A DNA stretch of 63,788 nucleotides, filler included, from Octopus bimaculoides (Eukaryota), in the NCBI RefSeq assembly GCF_001194135.2. It is 10 parts of 8 records of this genome, joined end to end, with 100 filler letters (N's around TTAATTAATTAA, not from the genome) between each part and the next. Parts side by side here need not be neighbours in the genome. Positions count along the whole stretch, not along the records: positions 25,801 to 35,569 come from NC_068987.1; positions 35,670 to 39,946 come from NC_068985.1; 8 more parts are not named here. One strand, given 5' to 3'. The notes under the pieces are model-generated. The model saw only the letters and a list, made by a program, of their open reading frames with translations. It searched no databases and was not told the origin of the DNA. Shown piece by piece: positions 27,577-39,946 of this stretch (position 1 is its first letter; every line of letters begins with the position of its first letter). The position numbers and the translations under genes were made by a program.

Positions 27577-27997
27577 ATTCTTTTATTCATTTACTTGTTT
27601 CAGTCATTTGACTGCGGCCAGGCTGGAGCACAGCTTTCATGGTTTTTAGTCGAAAAAATCAACCCTGGGGCTTATTCTTTGTAAGCCTAGTACTTACCTT
27701 GTCGGTCCCTTTTGCTGGACCGCTAATGTTGCGGGGACGTAAANNNNNNNNNNAATGTTGCGGGGACGTAAACACACCAACGCCGGTTGACAAGTGGTGA
27801 TGGGTGGACAAACACAGGCACAAAAATACACACACACACACATATATATATATATGTATACGATGGGCTTCTTTCAGTTTCCGTCTACCAAATCTACTCA
27901 TAATGCTTTTGTTGGCCCCAGGCTATAGTAGTGGGATTGAACTCGAAACCATGAGGTTGAGAAGCAAGCTTTTTGCCTCACAACTACGTCTCCGTTC
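27577..27997 (-). mobile_element. tRNA-derived SINE with internal (CA)n; same family as 31974
   Basis: Shares GGAAACTGAAAGAAGCCCGTCGTATA and AGTACTAGGCTTACAAAGAATAAG blocks with 31974-32251, 34605-34830 and 41529-41905. Confidence 0.85.
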
Positions 27998-29505
27998 TCT
28001 TAAATACATGTAAAAAGGTTCTTACAAAGCCACTGCAGATATTTTTTCAGAGTTACCTTGCATGTTGTAATCTTCCCAACATGCTAAAAGAGGATACAAT
28101 ATACCCTGTCCATAAAGGAGGGAGCAGAGCAGCTGCTAAAAACTACTGGCCTATCTCTCTGACCTCACATGTTAGCAAGACAATGGAACGCATCGTCAGA
28201 AAAAGGCTGATCACGTTCCTAGAAGAAAACAAACTTCTCACAAACACGCAACGTGACTTCCGTCCAGGGAGGAGCTGCCTCACACAGCTACTGCAGCACT
28301 TTGACTGGGTACTGAAGCAACAGCTTAACCAGACAGCTGTAGACGTGATATACCTCGACTTTGCCAAGGCCTTCGACAAGGTTGATCATGGCATGATATG
28401 TCACAAGTTGCGAAACCTTGGTATTACTGGGAAACTGGGAGAGTGACCGCATGATTTTCTGAAGGGCAGGAGTCAGAGAGTTGTAGCTAATGGTGCTCAC
28501 TCTGAAGAGACACCAATTCTCAGCGGAGTCCCACAGGGAACTGTACTAGGGCCACTACTATTTGTGGTGGCCCTCTCAGACATGCCCTGCACAGTACAGT
28601 CAGCCAATCTGACCAGTTATGCTGATGACACAAAAGTATTGCAGGCAGTTAGGAACCCAGAAGACATCATAAAACTGCAGAAAGACCTGAATGAAATATA
28701 CGAATGGACTAACAAAAATAACATGCAGTTAAATGCTATGAAATTTCAGGCACGCCACAATCGGCCCAAAACCAGGCTAAAATCGGAATACACTGGACCA
28801 GAAGATAATACAATCCCAGAGTCAGAGTCGGTGCGTGATCTGCGAGTTCACATGAGCAATGATGTAACATTCTATGTGCATATTACCAAGATGACAACAC
28901 TGTGCAGGCGAGTGGCAGGATGGATTCTGAGGACATTCAGAACCAGGAAAAGGGAGGCCCTGCTACTCCTATGAAGAACTTTCGTTCTCAGCCGCTTGAA
29001 CTACTGCTCCCAACTATGGTCCCCAGAGAGTGTGAAACAAACTGTGAAACTCGAAGCAATCCAGTACCAATACACAAAGAAGATTGACTCGATGCAAAAG
29101 ATGGGCTACTGGGAGAGGCTAAAGGAGCTGATTCTCTATTTCCTGGAGAGATGACGAGAGAGATATGTGGTGATATCTATTTGAGAGATATTGGAGGGTT
29201 TAGCTCCCAATTTTGGAATTGACAACCATACCAGTCCCTGAACTGGACGACACTGCTTCATACCAAAAATCCCGTCTTCCCAATCTAAAATATGGACACA
29301 GTACTGCAATAGTCTGGGCTTCAAGGGCCTGCAATTGTTCAACACCCTGCCAGGCAACCTTAGAGATCTACATGGTGTTGATGTGGAAGTTTTCAAGGAA
29401 CGTCTGCACAGGTTTCTGTCTGAGATACCAGATGAACCTACATCGCGGCAGGAGACACAAAGAAGTACAGCTCCGTTCAACTCGTTACCTCACCCGAAAT
29501 AATAC
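27998..29505 (+). mobile_element. CR1/Jockey-group LINE, 5'-truncated reverse transcriptase
   Basis: PISLTSHVSKTMERIV, FRPGRSCLTQLL, YLDFAKAFDKVDH, SGVPQGTVLGPLLF, YADDTK. In-frame TGA at 28444 and later frameshifts. Confidence 0.95.
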
Positions 29506-29520
29506 CGGAAACAACACCGA

Positions 29521-29600
29521 GTAACTACGAGATTCGAACTAACACGGAGAGACCCCAAAGGATTAGCAGTCCACTGCTTTAACCACTCGGACACCTCATC
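29521..29600 (-). pseudogene. tRNA-Ser(GCT)-derived pseudogene
   Basis: Minus strand GATGAGGTGTCCGAGTGGTTAAAGCAGTGGACTGCTAATCC...GTTCGAATC: A box, GCT anticodon loop, long variable arm, B box. The 3' acceptor strand is missing and stems are mismatched. Confidence 0.8.
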
Positions 29601-29622
29601 TTCTTGTAGCAAGTGCATGAAA

Positions 29623-29665
<43 letters not shown>

Positions 29666-29799
29666 TATGTATTATGTATGTATGTATATATATGTATGTA
29701 TGTCTACATATATAAGTATATGTGTATATGCATGTATACCTGTACACATGTATACATACTATCTATATGTATGCACACACATGCATACATACAGACAAA

Positions 29800-30001
29800 C
29801 AGGTTGTCCTAAAAGTTCCCAAGAGTGCCAAAAATATGATGTTTCATTGTTAAAATATTTCAAGTAAATTTTAATTAAATTTCTATCACCAAAGGGTTTC
29901 AAAATCTAATAATCTTTAATCTAATTAAGTTTGAATATTTCAACACTAAGAAGTCTTATTAGATTTTTTTTTATATTCCTCGGGGCTTTTGGGACATACT
30001 G
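29800..30001. mobile_element. Tc1-like MITE
   Basis: Imperfect ~20-bp TIRs (CAGGTTGTCCTAAAAG / CTTTTGGGACATACTG) with TA on the right flank. Confidence 0.55.
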
Positions 30002-30569
30002 TATACATACATACATTCATACATTTGTGTGTGTGTATGTGTGTGTGTGTGTNNNNNNNNNNATATATATATATATATATATGAATACACACACAATATG
30101 TATATTTAATATATATATATATGTTTCTGTGTGTGTACATACATACATGCATACATACATATGTATATACTTATATGCATACATATATATATGTATATAC
30201 ATAGCCTACATAGTTGTATACTTGACATACAACGTGCAAATACCTAAGCATGCACCGACCTATTCAGGTCACATCAACCCAAAGAGTTATCTTGACTAGG
30301 ACAATAGAGGCTTACCACTGTGTTAGTGACCGACTGGAATTCTGAAAATGTAAAAAAGCTTAAATAAATTATGAAGTAATACACACGTTTATATACATAT
30401 GTACATGCATACAACAGCACATAAGTATACGTAAATGTAGACTTAAATACTTGCAAGTATGCATATATATTTATATACGTATACACGTACATACACATTA
30501 ATATGCGTGCATAGTTAAGAACATACATACATACATACATACATACAGTGAAAAAGAGAATATCTACGC

Positions 30570-31047
30570 TGAACTATTGAAAAATTTGCAGTTACTCTAT
30601 CCAGATTACAAGTTCAGGTTTATAGCAGTAACTACTGGAGCACTGGGGTATGTAACACACTGCCTAAATACCAATCTTGAGAAATTAGGCTTCTCAAAAC
30701 CAGAAAGGAGAAAGCTGATTCAAAAACTACAGATCCCAGGCATCACTGGAGCTGTAAAAATCTGTAAAACTTTTCAAAAGTTTATCATTTACCTATATAT
30801 GAGCATGTCTAGATATGCAAGTCTATGCATGAGTAGATATACATAAGACAAAAACATTAAAATCTGTACGTATACATACATACATACGTACATACATACA
30901 TACGTACATACATACATACGTACATACATACAAAAATACCCCGTTGATGTTGTTGAAATTCCAATGAAGGAGCCTTGGCTCTAGCTTAGAAACCGGTTCT
31001 TTCTCTATTGGCAAAAAAAATTTTGAAATAAAAGTGAATAATGACAT
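30570..31047 (+). mobile_element. RLE-clade non-LTR element 3' end and 3' UTR
   Basis: C-terminal YKFRFIAVTTGALGYV...KLQIPGITGAVKICKTF, set among (TACA)n repeats. Confidence 0.6.
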
Positions 31048-31730
31048 NNNNNNNNNNNNNNNNNNNNNNNNNNNNNNNNNNNNNNNNNNNNNNNNNNNNN
31101 NNNNNNNNNNNNNNNNNNNNNNNNNNNNNNNNNNNNNNNNNNNNNNNNNNNNNNNNNNNNNNNNNNNNNNNNNNNNNNNNNNNNNNNNNNNNNNNNNNNN
31201 NNNNNNNNNNNNNNNNNNNNNNNNNNNNNNNNNNNNNNNNNNNNNNNNNNNNNNNNNNNNNNNNNNNNNNNNNNNNNNNNNNNNNNNNNNNNNNNNNNNN
31301 NNNNNNNNNNNNNNNNNNNNNNNNNNNNNNNNNNNNNNNNNNNNNNNNNNNNNNNNNNNNNNNNNNNNNNNNNNNNNNNNNNNNNNNNNNNNNNNNNNNN
31401 NNNNNNNNNNNNNNNNNNNNNNNNNNNNNNNNNNNNNNNNNNNNNNNNNNNNNNNNNNNNNNNNNNNNNNNNNNNNNNNNNNNNNNNNNNNNNNNNNNNN
31501 NNNNNNNNNNNNNNNNNNNNNNNNNNNNNNNNNNNNNNNNNNNNNNNNNNNNNNNNNNNNNNNNNNNNNNNNNNNNNNNNNNNNNNNNNNNNNNNNNNNN
31601 NNNNNNNNNNNNNNNNNNNNNNNNNNNNNNNNNNNNNNNNNNNNNNNNNNNNNNNNNNNNNATATATATATATATATATATACATACATACATAATAGAT
31701 ATATACATGCATACATACATACATACATAT

Positions 31731-31970
31731 CCGGCGGAAGGATAATCCTGTGGTCAGAGAAATAAGAACCCACAGTATGGTAGAAGCCATAGCCACTCGT
31801 AATAAGGAGTACTGGTGGAATGTCCTAGTGAAAACCACAATGAAATGTAATTGTGATATTCCTGACATAGTGATTTCGGACAAGAGCAACTGTGTACAGT
31901 TATGAAGATCAGCTGCCCAACAGATGTTAACATAAAGCTAAAATATCTATACTGAGCTATTGAGAAATCT
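31731..31970 (+). mobile_element. RLE endonuclease fragment (PD-D/ExK type)
   Basis: Reads ...DIPDIVISDKSN...ISCPTDVN, following a (CATA)n repeat. Confidence 0.6.
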
Positions 31971-31973
31971 GCA

Positions 31974-32251
31974 GGCGCAGGAGTGGCTGTGTGGTAAGTA
32001 GCTTGCTTACCAACCACATGGTTCCCGGGTTCAGTCCCACTGCGTGGCACCTTGGGCAAGTGTCTTCTACCAAAGCCTTGAGAGTGGATTTGGTAGACGG
32101 AAACTGAAAGAAGCCCGTCGTATATATGTATGTGTGTGTGTGTGTGTGTGTTTGTCCCTCAACATCGCTTGACAACCGATGCTGTAACAAAGCGGTTCGG
32201 CAAAACAGGCCGATACAATAAGTACTAGGCTTACAAAGAATATGTCTTGGG
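31974..32251 (+). mobile_element. tRNA-derived CORE-like SINE
   Basis: A box GGCTGTGTGGT, B box GGTTCAGTCCC, and CORE-like GGCACCTTGGGCAAGTG. Ends at a gap. Confidence 0.9.
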
Positions 32252-33396
32252 NNNNNNNNNNNNNNNNNNNNNNNNNNNNNNNNNNNNNNNNNNNNNNNNN
32301 NNNNNNNNNNNNNNNNNNNNNNNNNNNNNNNNNNNNNNNNNNNNNNNNNNNNNNNNNNNNNNNNNNNNNNNNNNNNNNNNNNNNNNNNNNNNNNNNNNNN
32401 NNNNNNNNNNNNNNNNNNNNNNNNNNNNNNNNNNNNNNNNNNNNNNNNNNNNNNNNNNNNNNNNNNNNNNNNNNNNNNNNNNNNNNNNNNNNNNNNNNNN
32501 NNNNNNNNNNNNNNNNNNNNNNNNNNNNNNNNNNNNNNNNNNNNNNNNNNNNNNNNNNNNNNNNNNNNNNNNNNNNNNNNNNNNNNNNNNNNNNNNNNNN
32601 NNNNNNNNNNNNNNNNNNNNNNNNNNNNNNNNNNNNNNNNNNNNNNNNNNNNNNNNNNNNNNNNNNNNNNNNNNNNNNNNNNNNNNNNNNNNNNNNNNNN
32701 NNNNNNNNNNNNNNNNNNNNNNNNNNNNNNNNNNNNNNNNNNNNNNNNNNNNNNNNNNNNNNNNNNNNNNNNNNNNNNNNNNNNNNNNNNNNTCTCTGTG
32801 GGTGTGTCTGTCTGTGTGTGTCTGTGTTTGTGTGTGTCTGTGTGTGTGTATGTGTCTGTGTGTGTGTGTGTGTGTCTGTGTGTGTGTCTGTGTGTGTATG
32901 TGTCTGTGTGTGTGTGTGTGTGTCTCTGTGTGTATGTGTGTGAATAATTTTCACTGAGATTTGCTCAAGTTTTGCTTTCCTAGAATTTTAAGTTGGACAC
33001 TAAGAAAGTGCATGTATGTATGTATGTACGTATGTGTACATATGTATGCATGTATACTTGTACATATGTATGTTTGTATGTAAGCATTATGTGTGTGTGC
33101 GCGCACGTGCGTGTGCGTATGTATGCGTACATGTAAGTACGCATGTATGCAAATATGTATGTTGATAGCACATGTATTGATTGTATGTGTGCGTGCGTGC
33201 GTTTACGTATATGTTTATGCTTGAGTATGTGTGTCCATTTCTATCTGTATATGTGTTTAATACGCATACATATATTACACACACACACACGCACACACAC
33301 ATATATATATATATATGTGTGTGTGTATGTCTGTATGTATGTATATACGAATACATATGTATATATGTTTATATGTCTATATGGCGGTTGTTATTG

Positions 33397-33428
<32 letters not shown>

Positions 33429-33819
33429 GGTGGTGGTGGTGGTGGTGACGGTAGCTGTAAGTTTATATTATTGAAGCTTAATGGAATCCAAGACAGGGAC
33501 TTAGTGAGTGACATATAGAACGTATAGAGATATAGAGAGTGATGTATAGCGACAGAGGCGTATAGAGAAGTATACTGAGCCGTAGAGAGACATATAGAGA
33601 CGTGCAAAGACATGTAGATATATTTAAGAATGCATAGAGGTATTCAAAGACATATAAACACATAGAGCTATACAGAGACATCTGAAGACATTCAGAAGCT
33701 TATAGTGACGAATAGAAGCATACACCGATGTACGCAGACATAAATGTACAGGGACATTCAGAGACATTTAGAAACATACAGAAATATATTGAGGCATATA
33801 TTATTATTTAAAACAATTT

Positions 33820-34262
33820 GATTTGGCCCCATGCGACTCATAGTTTGTTGACGTAAAACCTCTCTTTCGGGTATCCTTACAAGAAAAAATCCGAGCTGGT
33901 CAAGTCTGGGAAACGTGAAGGCCAGTTGATATTGCCGTAGCGGGAGATTATTCTCTCTCCAAAACACTGCCGTAGCAACTGCATTGTTTCTCTTACGCTA
34001 CGAACAGTTGCCCCATCTTGCTGGAACTATGTGTGAGGTCTACCTTGAATGGCCTTCACGTTCCCCAGACTTGACTAGCCCGGATTTTTTCTTGTAGGGG
34101 ATACCTGAGACCTGATGCAACTGAAGGAGAACATCAATAGGGAAATCAGAGAAGCGGGATCTGAAACTCTTGAGGGTATTATGGTGCAAGTTTTAGAAAG
34201 AGCACGGACGTGCGAAGTTGAAAATGGCTGCCATTTAAGCGATGTCCTTTTTCATATGTGAT
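33820..34262. mobile_element. Tc1/mariner transposase 3' fragment with an internal inversion
   Basis: WPSRFPDLTS and FQQDGAT on the minus strand (33890-34028). WPSRSPDLTSPDFFL*GYL...ENGCHLSDVLFHM* on the plus strand (34050-34261). Confidence 0.8.
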
Positions 34263-34604
34263 GTAGTGGTGTTGCAAAATTTGACTTGTGCATATTAATT
34301 TCCATTAGGTCTTTTATATTGTATCAATATTTCATGCATTTATTTGTAAAGTTAAAGGAAGTTATNNNNNNNNNNNNNNNNNNNNNNNNNNNNNNNNNNN
34401 NNNNNNNNNNNNNNNNNNNNNNNNNNNNNNNNNNNNNNNNNNNNNNNNNNNNNNNNNNNNNNNNNNNNNNNNNNNNNNNNNNNNNNNNNNNNNNNNNNNN
34501 NNNNNNNNNNNNNNNNNNNNNNNNNNNNNNNNNNNNNNNNNNNNNNNNNNNNNNNNNNNNNNNNNNNNNNNNNNNNNNNNNNNNNNTATGTATATATTTG
34601 TGTA

Positions 34605-34830
34605 TCTGTGTTTGTTCCCACCCCACCATCGCTTGACAACCGATGTTGGCGTGTTTACGTCCTCGTAACCTATCGGTTCGGCAAAAAAGAGCGATAAAAT
34701 AAGTACTAGGCTTAGAAAGAATAAGTCAGTCTTGGGGTCGATTTGTTCGACTAAAACCCCTTAAGGTGGTGTTCCAGCATGGCCGCAGTCAAATGACTGA
34801 AACAATTAAAAGAATAAAAGAATAAAAGAA
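34605..34830 (+). mobile_element. SINE 3' half (family of 31974)
   Basis: CATCGCTTGACAACCGATG and AGTACTAGGCTTA blocks with an AAAGAATA tail. Confidence 0.8.
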
Positions 34831-35061
34831 TATTTAGAACACTTCATATACACGCAAAAAATTATATTGAAATATATACAAATAACTACAGTCGTACATA
34901 GATATTCAGAAATATATAATGATATGCAGAACATTAAGAACATATTGAAGAATAGATAACAACAGACATGTATAGGTACTCGAATACAATAGGATATATT
35001 GAACATTACTAAACACATACAGAAACATACTGAAACGAATAGAGACATATAAAGATATAGA

Positions 35062-35268
35062 GAGAGACATGGAGAAGATATATAGAGAGACATGGAGAAG
35101 ATATATAGAGAGGCATGGAGAAGATATATAGAGAGACATGGAGAAGATATATAGAGAGACATGGAGAAGATATAGAGAGAGACATGGAGAAGATATATAG
35201 AGAGACATGGAGAAGATATATAGAGAGACATGGAGAAGATATAGAGAGAGACATGGAGAAGATATATA
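35062..35268. repeat. Minisatellite, nine copies of a 23-bp unit
   Basis: Unit GAGAGACATGGAGAAGATATATA with TATA/TAGA variants and no spacers. Confidence 0.95.
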
Positions 35269-35511
35269 GACTTAACAGAAACATATATGTATATGATACA
35301 CACACACACACACACCTAAGGACAACAGAGACCTGCCACCCACACAGTAACAAAATAATGTCAGAAGGAAAATTATGATATCCAATGACAACCAAACATT
35401 AGCTTTTAGAATGCGAAGGAGATAATTAACAACAAACAGAGAAACAACAAAAGAAAAGAAAAGAAAAATAGCACTGAAACGCCGGAATGCATAACATGCA
35501 GCCACCACCAC

Positions 35512-35569
<58 letters not shown>

Positions 35570-35669
35570 NNNNNNNNNNNNNNNNNNNNNNNNNNNNNNN
35601 NNNNNNNNNNNNNTTAATTAATTAANNNNNNNNNNNNNNNNNNNNNNNNNNNNNNNNNNNNNNNNNNNN

Positions 35670-35870
35670 ACGAAGTCACGTATTGTCCTTGCCTTCGAAA
35701 CACGTAGTAGATAAAACAGGGTCAACTGACGAAGGGGTATACTCTTTATGTTGCATGTCTCGTTTCTCTGTTTTTTTCGTTGTTCGAAAAAAGTTCGTTT
35801 TCTATGTTTTAGTTTTTATGTTTTCGTTTCTCATTGTGTTTAACGTTTTTTTTATGTCCTGTACCCATAT
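35670..35870 (+). repeat. Penelope-like terminal-repeat remnant; second copy in reverse at ~60035-60260
   Basis: Both copies share CTTCGAAACACxTAGT...CAACTGAyGAAGG and the GGGTACAGGA end. Confidence 0.55.
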
Positions 35871-36090
35871 ATGCATGTATATATACATATATGTATAGGT
35901 ATGTACATATATGCATGGATATATGCATATATTTATATATTATTTATATTATTATGTGATCGAACGCCACACATCCTTTTCCAAGTAAGTTTATATATAT
36001 ATATATATATATATATACACGGATGTGTATGATATAGAATAAAATATTACTCAAAGAATTTCCAACTTTGATTTTCACATTTTATTTACA

Positions 36091-37370
36091 ATAGGTTGTT
36101 CGGAAAATAATGGCCGATTTCAGAAACATAATTTTATTCTGGAATAATTGCCACTAGAAATGTTTTGATTAGTCAAAGTATGAGCCGTGAACATGTGTGC
36201 ATCTCTGCCATCGATCAACGAGATTATTTATGCCTCGTAGATAAAAGACTTATTGGCTTTGATGCTAAGAAACTTTGAATGTTGATTCCGCTTCTGGTAT
36301 GGACCTGAAGGTTTTATCACTTAAAAACGTGTTTAAATGTTTAAAAATGGTAGTCAGTAGGTGAAAGATCAGGAGAATATGAAGGATGTGGTAAAGTTTC
36401 GAATCCCAAGTCTGTGAGTTTCTGCAGCGTCATTCTTGCAACATGTGGCTTTGCATTATCGTGGAGCAGAATTGGGCCACGCCGATTCACCAATGCGGGT
36501 CTCATTTTTTGCAAGTGAGCATGCATTTCAGCGAGCTGATTGTAGTAAGCATCTGCTGTAATGCTCTGATTGGCTTCCAGAAAGTTGTAATGGACAACAC
36601 CAATTGAAGACCACTAGACAGTCACCATAATCTTTTGCTGATGCAACTTTGGCTTTAGGAAATGTTTGGGGGGCTTATCACGATTAAGCCATTGACCTGA
36701 TCGTTTACAGTTATCATAAAGCATCCAATTTTCGTCACAAGTGACTATTCAGTCAAGAAAAGGATCATTGGTGTTTCGCAGAAAGAGTATCGAGCACACT
36801 CCATAACGCCGAACTTTTTGATTTTCATTGAGCTCATGTGGTACCCATTTATCGAGCATTTTCACCTCACTAATTTTCTGCAGATTACATGAGACCGTTG
36901 CAATACCAACACCAAGTGCCTGAGACATTTCTATGACACTTTGACGTGGGTTTTGTTCAACAATTGCTTTCAATTGTTCAATGTCAAGGCTGCGTGACCA
37001 CCCTCAACCTCCTTCATCTTCAAGGCTTTCATCACAACTACGAATTTCTGAAACCACCTTCGTACTATGTGATCACTTGTGGACTCCTCTTCTCATGCTC
37101 TGTTGATATTGGCAGCCAGCAGTTTGGGAGGCATTGTGCCCAATCTTGAATTCAGGCAAGAAAAGTAACTGAAGGTTCTTTTTTGTCATGTTCATAATTA
37201 AGGGTGCCTATACTTCAAGAATGTTTTCTGTCTGAAATAAGTATAAAATTATTAAAGGGCATACACCAAATATTAAGTATGTCGAAATTCACCTAAAATA
37301 TAATAAAAATACTATGATAAAATTTCAAAACAACACTTAAAGCGGCTATTATTTTCGGAACAACCTAATA
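36091..37370 (-). mobile_element. Full-length (~1.28 kb) Hsmar1-like mariner with a disrupted transposase
   Basis: TIRs TAGGTTGTTCGGAAAATAATGGCCG / CGGCTATTATTTTCGGAACAACCTAA with TA at 37369. Motifs WVPHEL, VTCDENWMLYD, HDNAKPHVA, HPSYSPDLSPTDYHF. Confidence 0.95.
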
Positions 37371-37393
37371 TATAATAATATAATATATTATAC

Positions 37394-38650
37394 AGTCAGG
37401 CATATTCTGGAAAACAACACATTCTCCTTCAAAGGAAAGAATTACATCCAAATTAAAGGCATGACGATAAGAACGAGGTTTACTCCTGTTTACGCGAACT
37501 CGGTAATGGAATATTTAGAACAACAACTCTACCAAGAAGTAGAGGAAAACTATAGCCCTGGATTTAGAAATTATATTGAAAATGCATAGAAGAGATACCT
37601 TGACGACTGTTTCATAATCTGAACAGAATATCTAAGTACTCTAAAAGAGTTCAATATCCTCCTGAAAAACCTACACCCATCTCTTTAATTTACACGAGAG
37701 ATGAGTAGTACCAAATTACCATTCCTAGATATAATGATAATTAAAAAGGACACCACCATTACCACAGATATATATACTACAACCACACGGACACACATCA
37801 GTACCTGAAATTTAAGTCATGCTATCCACCACATACAAGACGCAACATTCCATACTGTCTAGTCAGAAGAATTTGTAGCATTGTAGAAGATGCGAATATC
37901 AGGAACAAACGCCTAACAGAGCTCAGAGAATTTTTGCTCAAACAAAAATACCCGTCTCTACTTATAGAAAATGGCATACAGCGGGCTATAAAAATACCCA
38001 TACAACTGAGGCCAACCCAAAGAAGAGGAAAACAGGAACAAGTCATACCATGCCACAACTCATGCCACCAGAATGTCTTCAACATTGCCAAACCAAACGT
38101 ACCAATCATTGCTCAAAGTGATGAATTAAATGATATAATAATAGATCGAGCTATGGTTCTTAGTAAAAGACAGCCTAAAAACTTGAAAAAATTATTTAAA
38201 AAAATTATTAACAAAGGAAAAGTTTGACCTTAGCAACAAAGACCAATCATTCACTGTATCTAAATGCAATGATAGCCGATGTGGTACATGCCAATTCATA
38301 CATACCGGCCAATATATGAATACAAAAACCGGAAAAATATTCACCAACGCAAATGAACTGAAAAAGCAGAAATTCAATTTGCTGCATCAAATGCCCGGAT
38401 TGTGAAGAACTATATGTAGGTCAGACTGGAAATGCACTAGCAGAACGTTCACATGTGCACCGATAGCAAATTAGAGACCCAGATGTCCGTCAGATAACTT
38501 TGAGTAACCATCCAGCAACATACGGTCGGAAAATATTTACATTTCCATTCTACAAACTACACAGTCCAAGTGAAATTGAGAGAAAAATCAGAGAAAAGGA
38601 TTTTATAAATTCCAACTCAAGCTGAATAAACAATAATACTAATACTTAGA
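37394..38650 (+). mobile_element. Penelope-like element, RT C-terminal half plus GIY-YIG endonuclease, decayed
   Basis: YIQIKGMTIRTRFTPVYAN, RRYLDDCF, LPFLDIMI, HQYLKFKSCYPPHTRRNIPYCL, KRQPKNLKKL, KCNDSRCGTC and CPDCEELYVGQTGN. Confidence 0.9.
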
Positions 38651-38808
38651 GGCACTATTTCTGCTGCTACGACCGCTACTACTAACAACAACACTAATAC
38701 TAAAGGTGCTCATGATGACGATAGCAGGAAAATACTAGCTAAGTCAAGAGAAAAGTCAATAAAATAATCTTATTTGGGGTTTAAAGTTTTATTACCACAG
38801 CTACTAGT

Positions 38809-38840
<32 letters not shown>

Positions 38841-39228
38841 TAATAAAGGAGATGATAATGGTGATGATGATGACTGAAATGTAAAACTCCCTGGGAAATA
38901 TTGTTTACAACATTTCTAAAAATAGCCCAACAATTACTGCTTTAGTCAGAGTCAAAATACATGTCACTTGACATCATCAACAAACCGAGATGCTTAAACC
39001 AAACACCAATCAACTTAAGTAACTTAGTAAAATCACACACTGATTGGTCAGAATACAATCTGCAAAATATTAACATTCTGGAGCCTATACAAATGTATTT
39101 GAAGCACATGGTTTAGCCATCTGACGACAGTTGTAAATTGTAAAATATAACTGTCACCATTACTACATAAACTTGAAGATTGCTTAGTTTAATGCATGAA
39201 AGTACCAGTTCAATCAGAATAGATACAT

Positions 39229-39268
<40 letters not shown>

Positions 39269-39271
<3 letters not shown>

Positions 39272-39522
39272 TGGGTTGACGCATAGTTTTTGCGGCATTT
39301 TTTCAACAAATTTTATTCAACAAAAGCAATAACAACATGTAACAAAAACATCTTTAAATGAATATTCCGAAGCATATTCACCATCTACTTCAATTAATGC
39401 TTCCCAAATGCTTGGCAGACGGTCAGACCGTCATTTAAAAATGTTTTTTGTTAAATATTGTAATTGTTTTTGTTGCATAAAATTTGTTGAAAAAAAGCCT
39501 CAATAATTAGCCAGCAACCCAT
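39269..39522 (-). mobile_element. Mariner-derived MITE with long (~75 bp) imperfect TIRs
   Basis: TTGGGTTG... / ...CAACCCA ends with inner CAACAAATTTTAT / ATAAAATTTGTTG. Internal minus-strand RLPSIWEALIEVDGEYASE matches a mariner C-terminus. Confidence 0.75.
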
Positions 39523-39884
39523 TTGAAATCCAATCAGAAGGCTTTGGGTGACCCAAGGCTATAGTATAAAACATTTGCTCAGGTTGACTGAACCCAGAAC
39601 CATGTGCTTGGGAAGCAAACGTCTTACTTAACACACATGTGTTACGAATAGGCTAGCACTTTGCAACTGCTGCGCATTGTAGTATACATATTTACTTTAT
39701 CCTTCGTTCGATTGATTAATTAGCTAGAAGTACAGACCAGCTGGCTACCAAGCTATTCTTCTCAAAGCTAATATACATTCTCAGATTGTCGTAATATCAA
39801 CTGGAGAATTTACATAACCGTGTTCTATTTCCACGGAGTGCTTAAAGACCTAATAGTCTGAATTTGCTTAATTCCAATTCTCCT

Positions 39885-39946
<62 letters not shown>

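Noticed and set aside
30961-30998. Hammerhead-like CCAATGA...GAAACCGGTT in the 3' UTR of the RLE element
   Set aside because: Two core mismatches, poor stem II geometry and no stem I; too weak to call.
35062-35268. CRISPR-like regular repeat
   Set aside because: Units are contiguous with no unique spacers, no cas genes, and the context is eukaryotic. It is a minisatellite.
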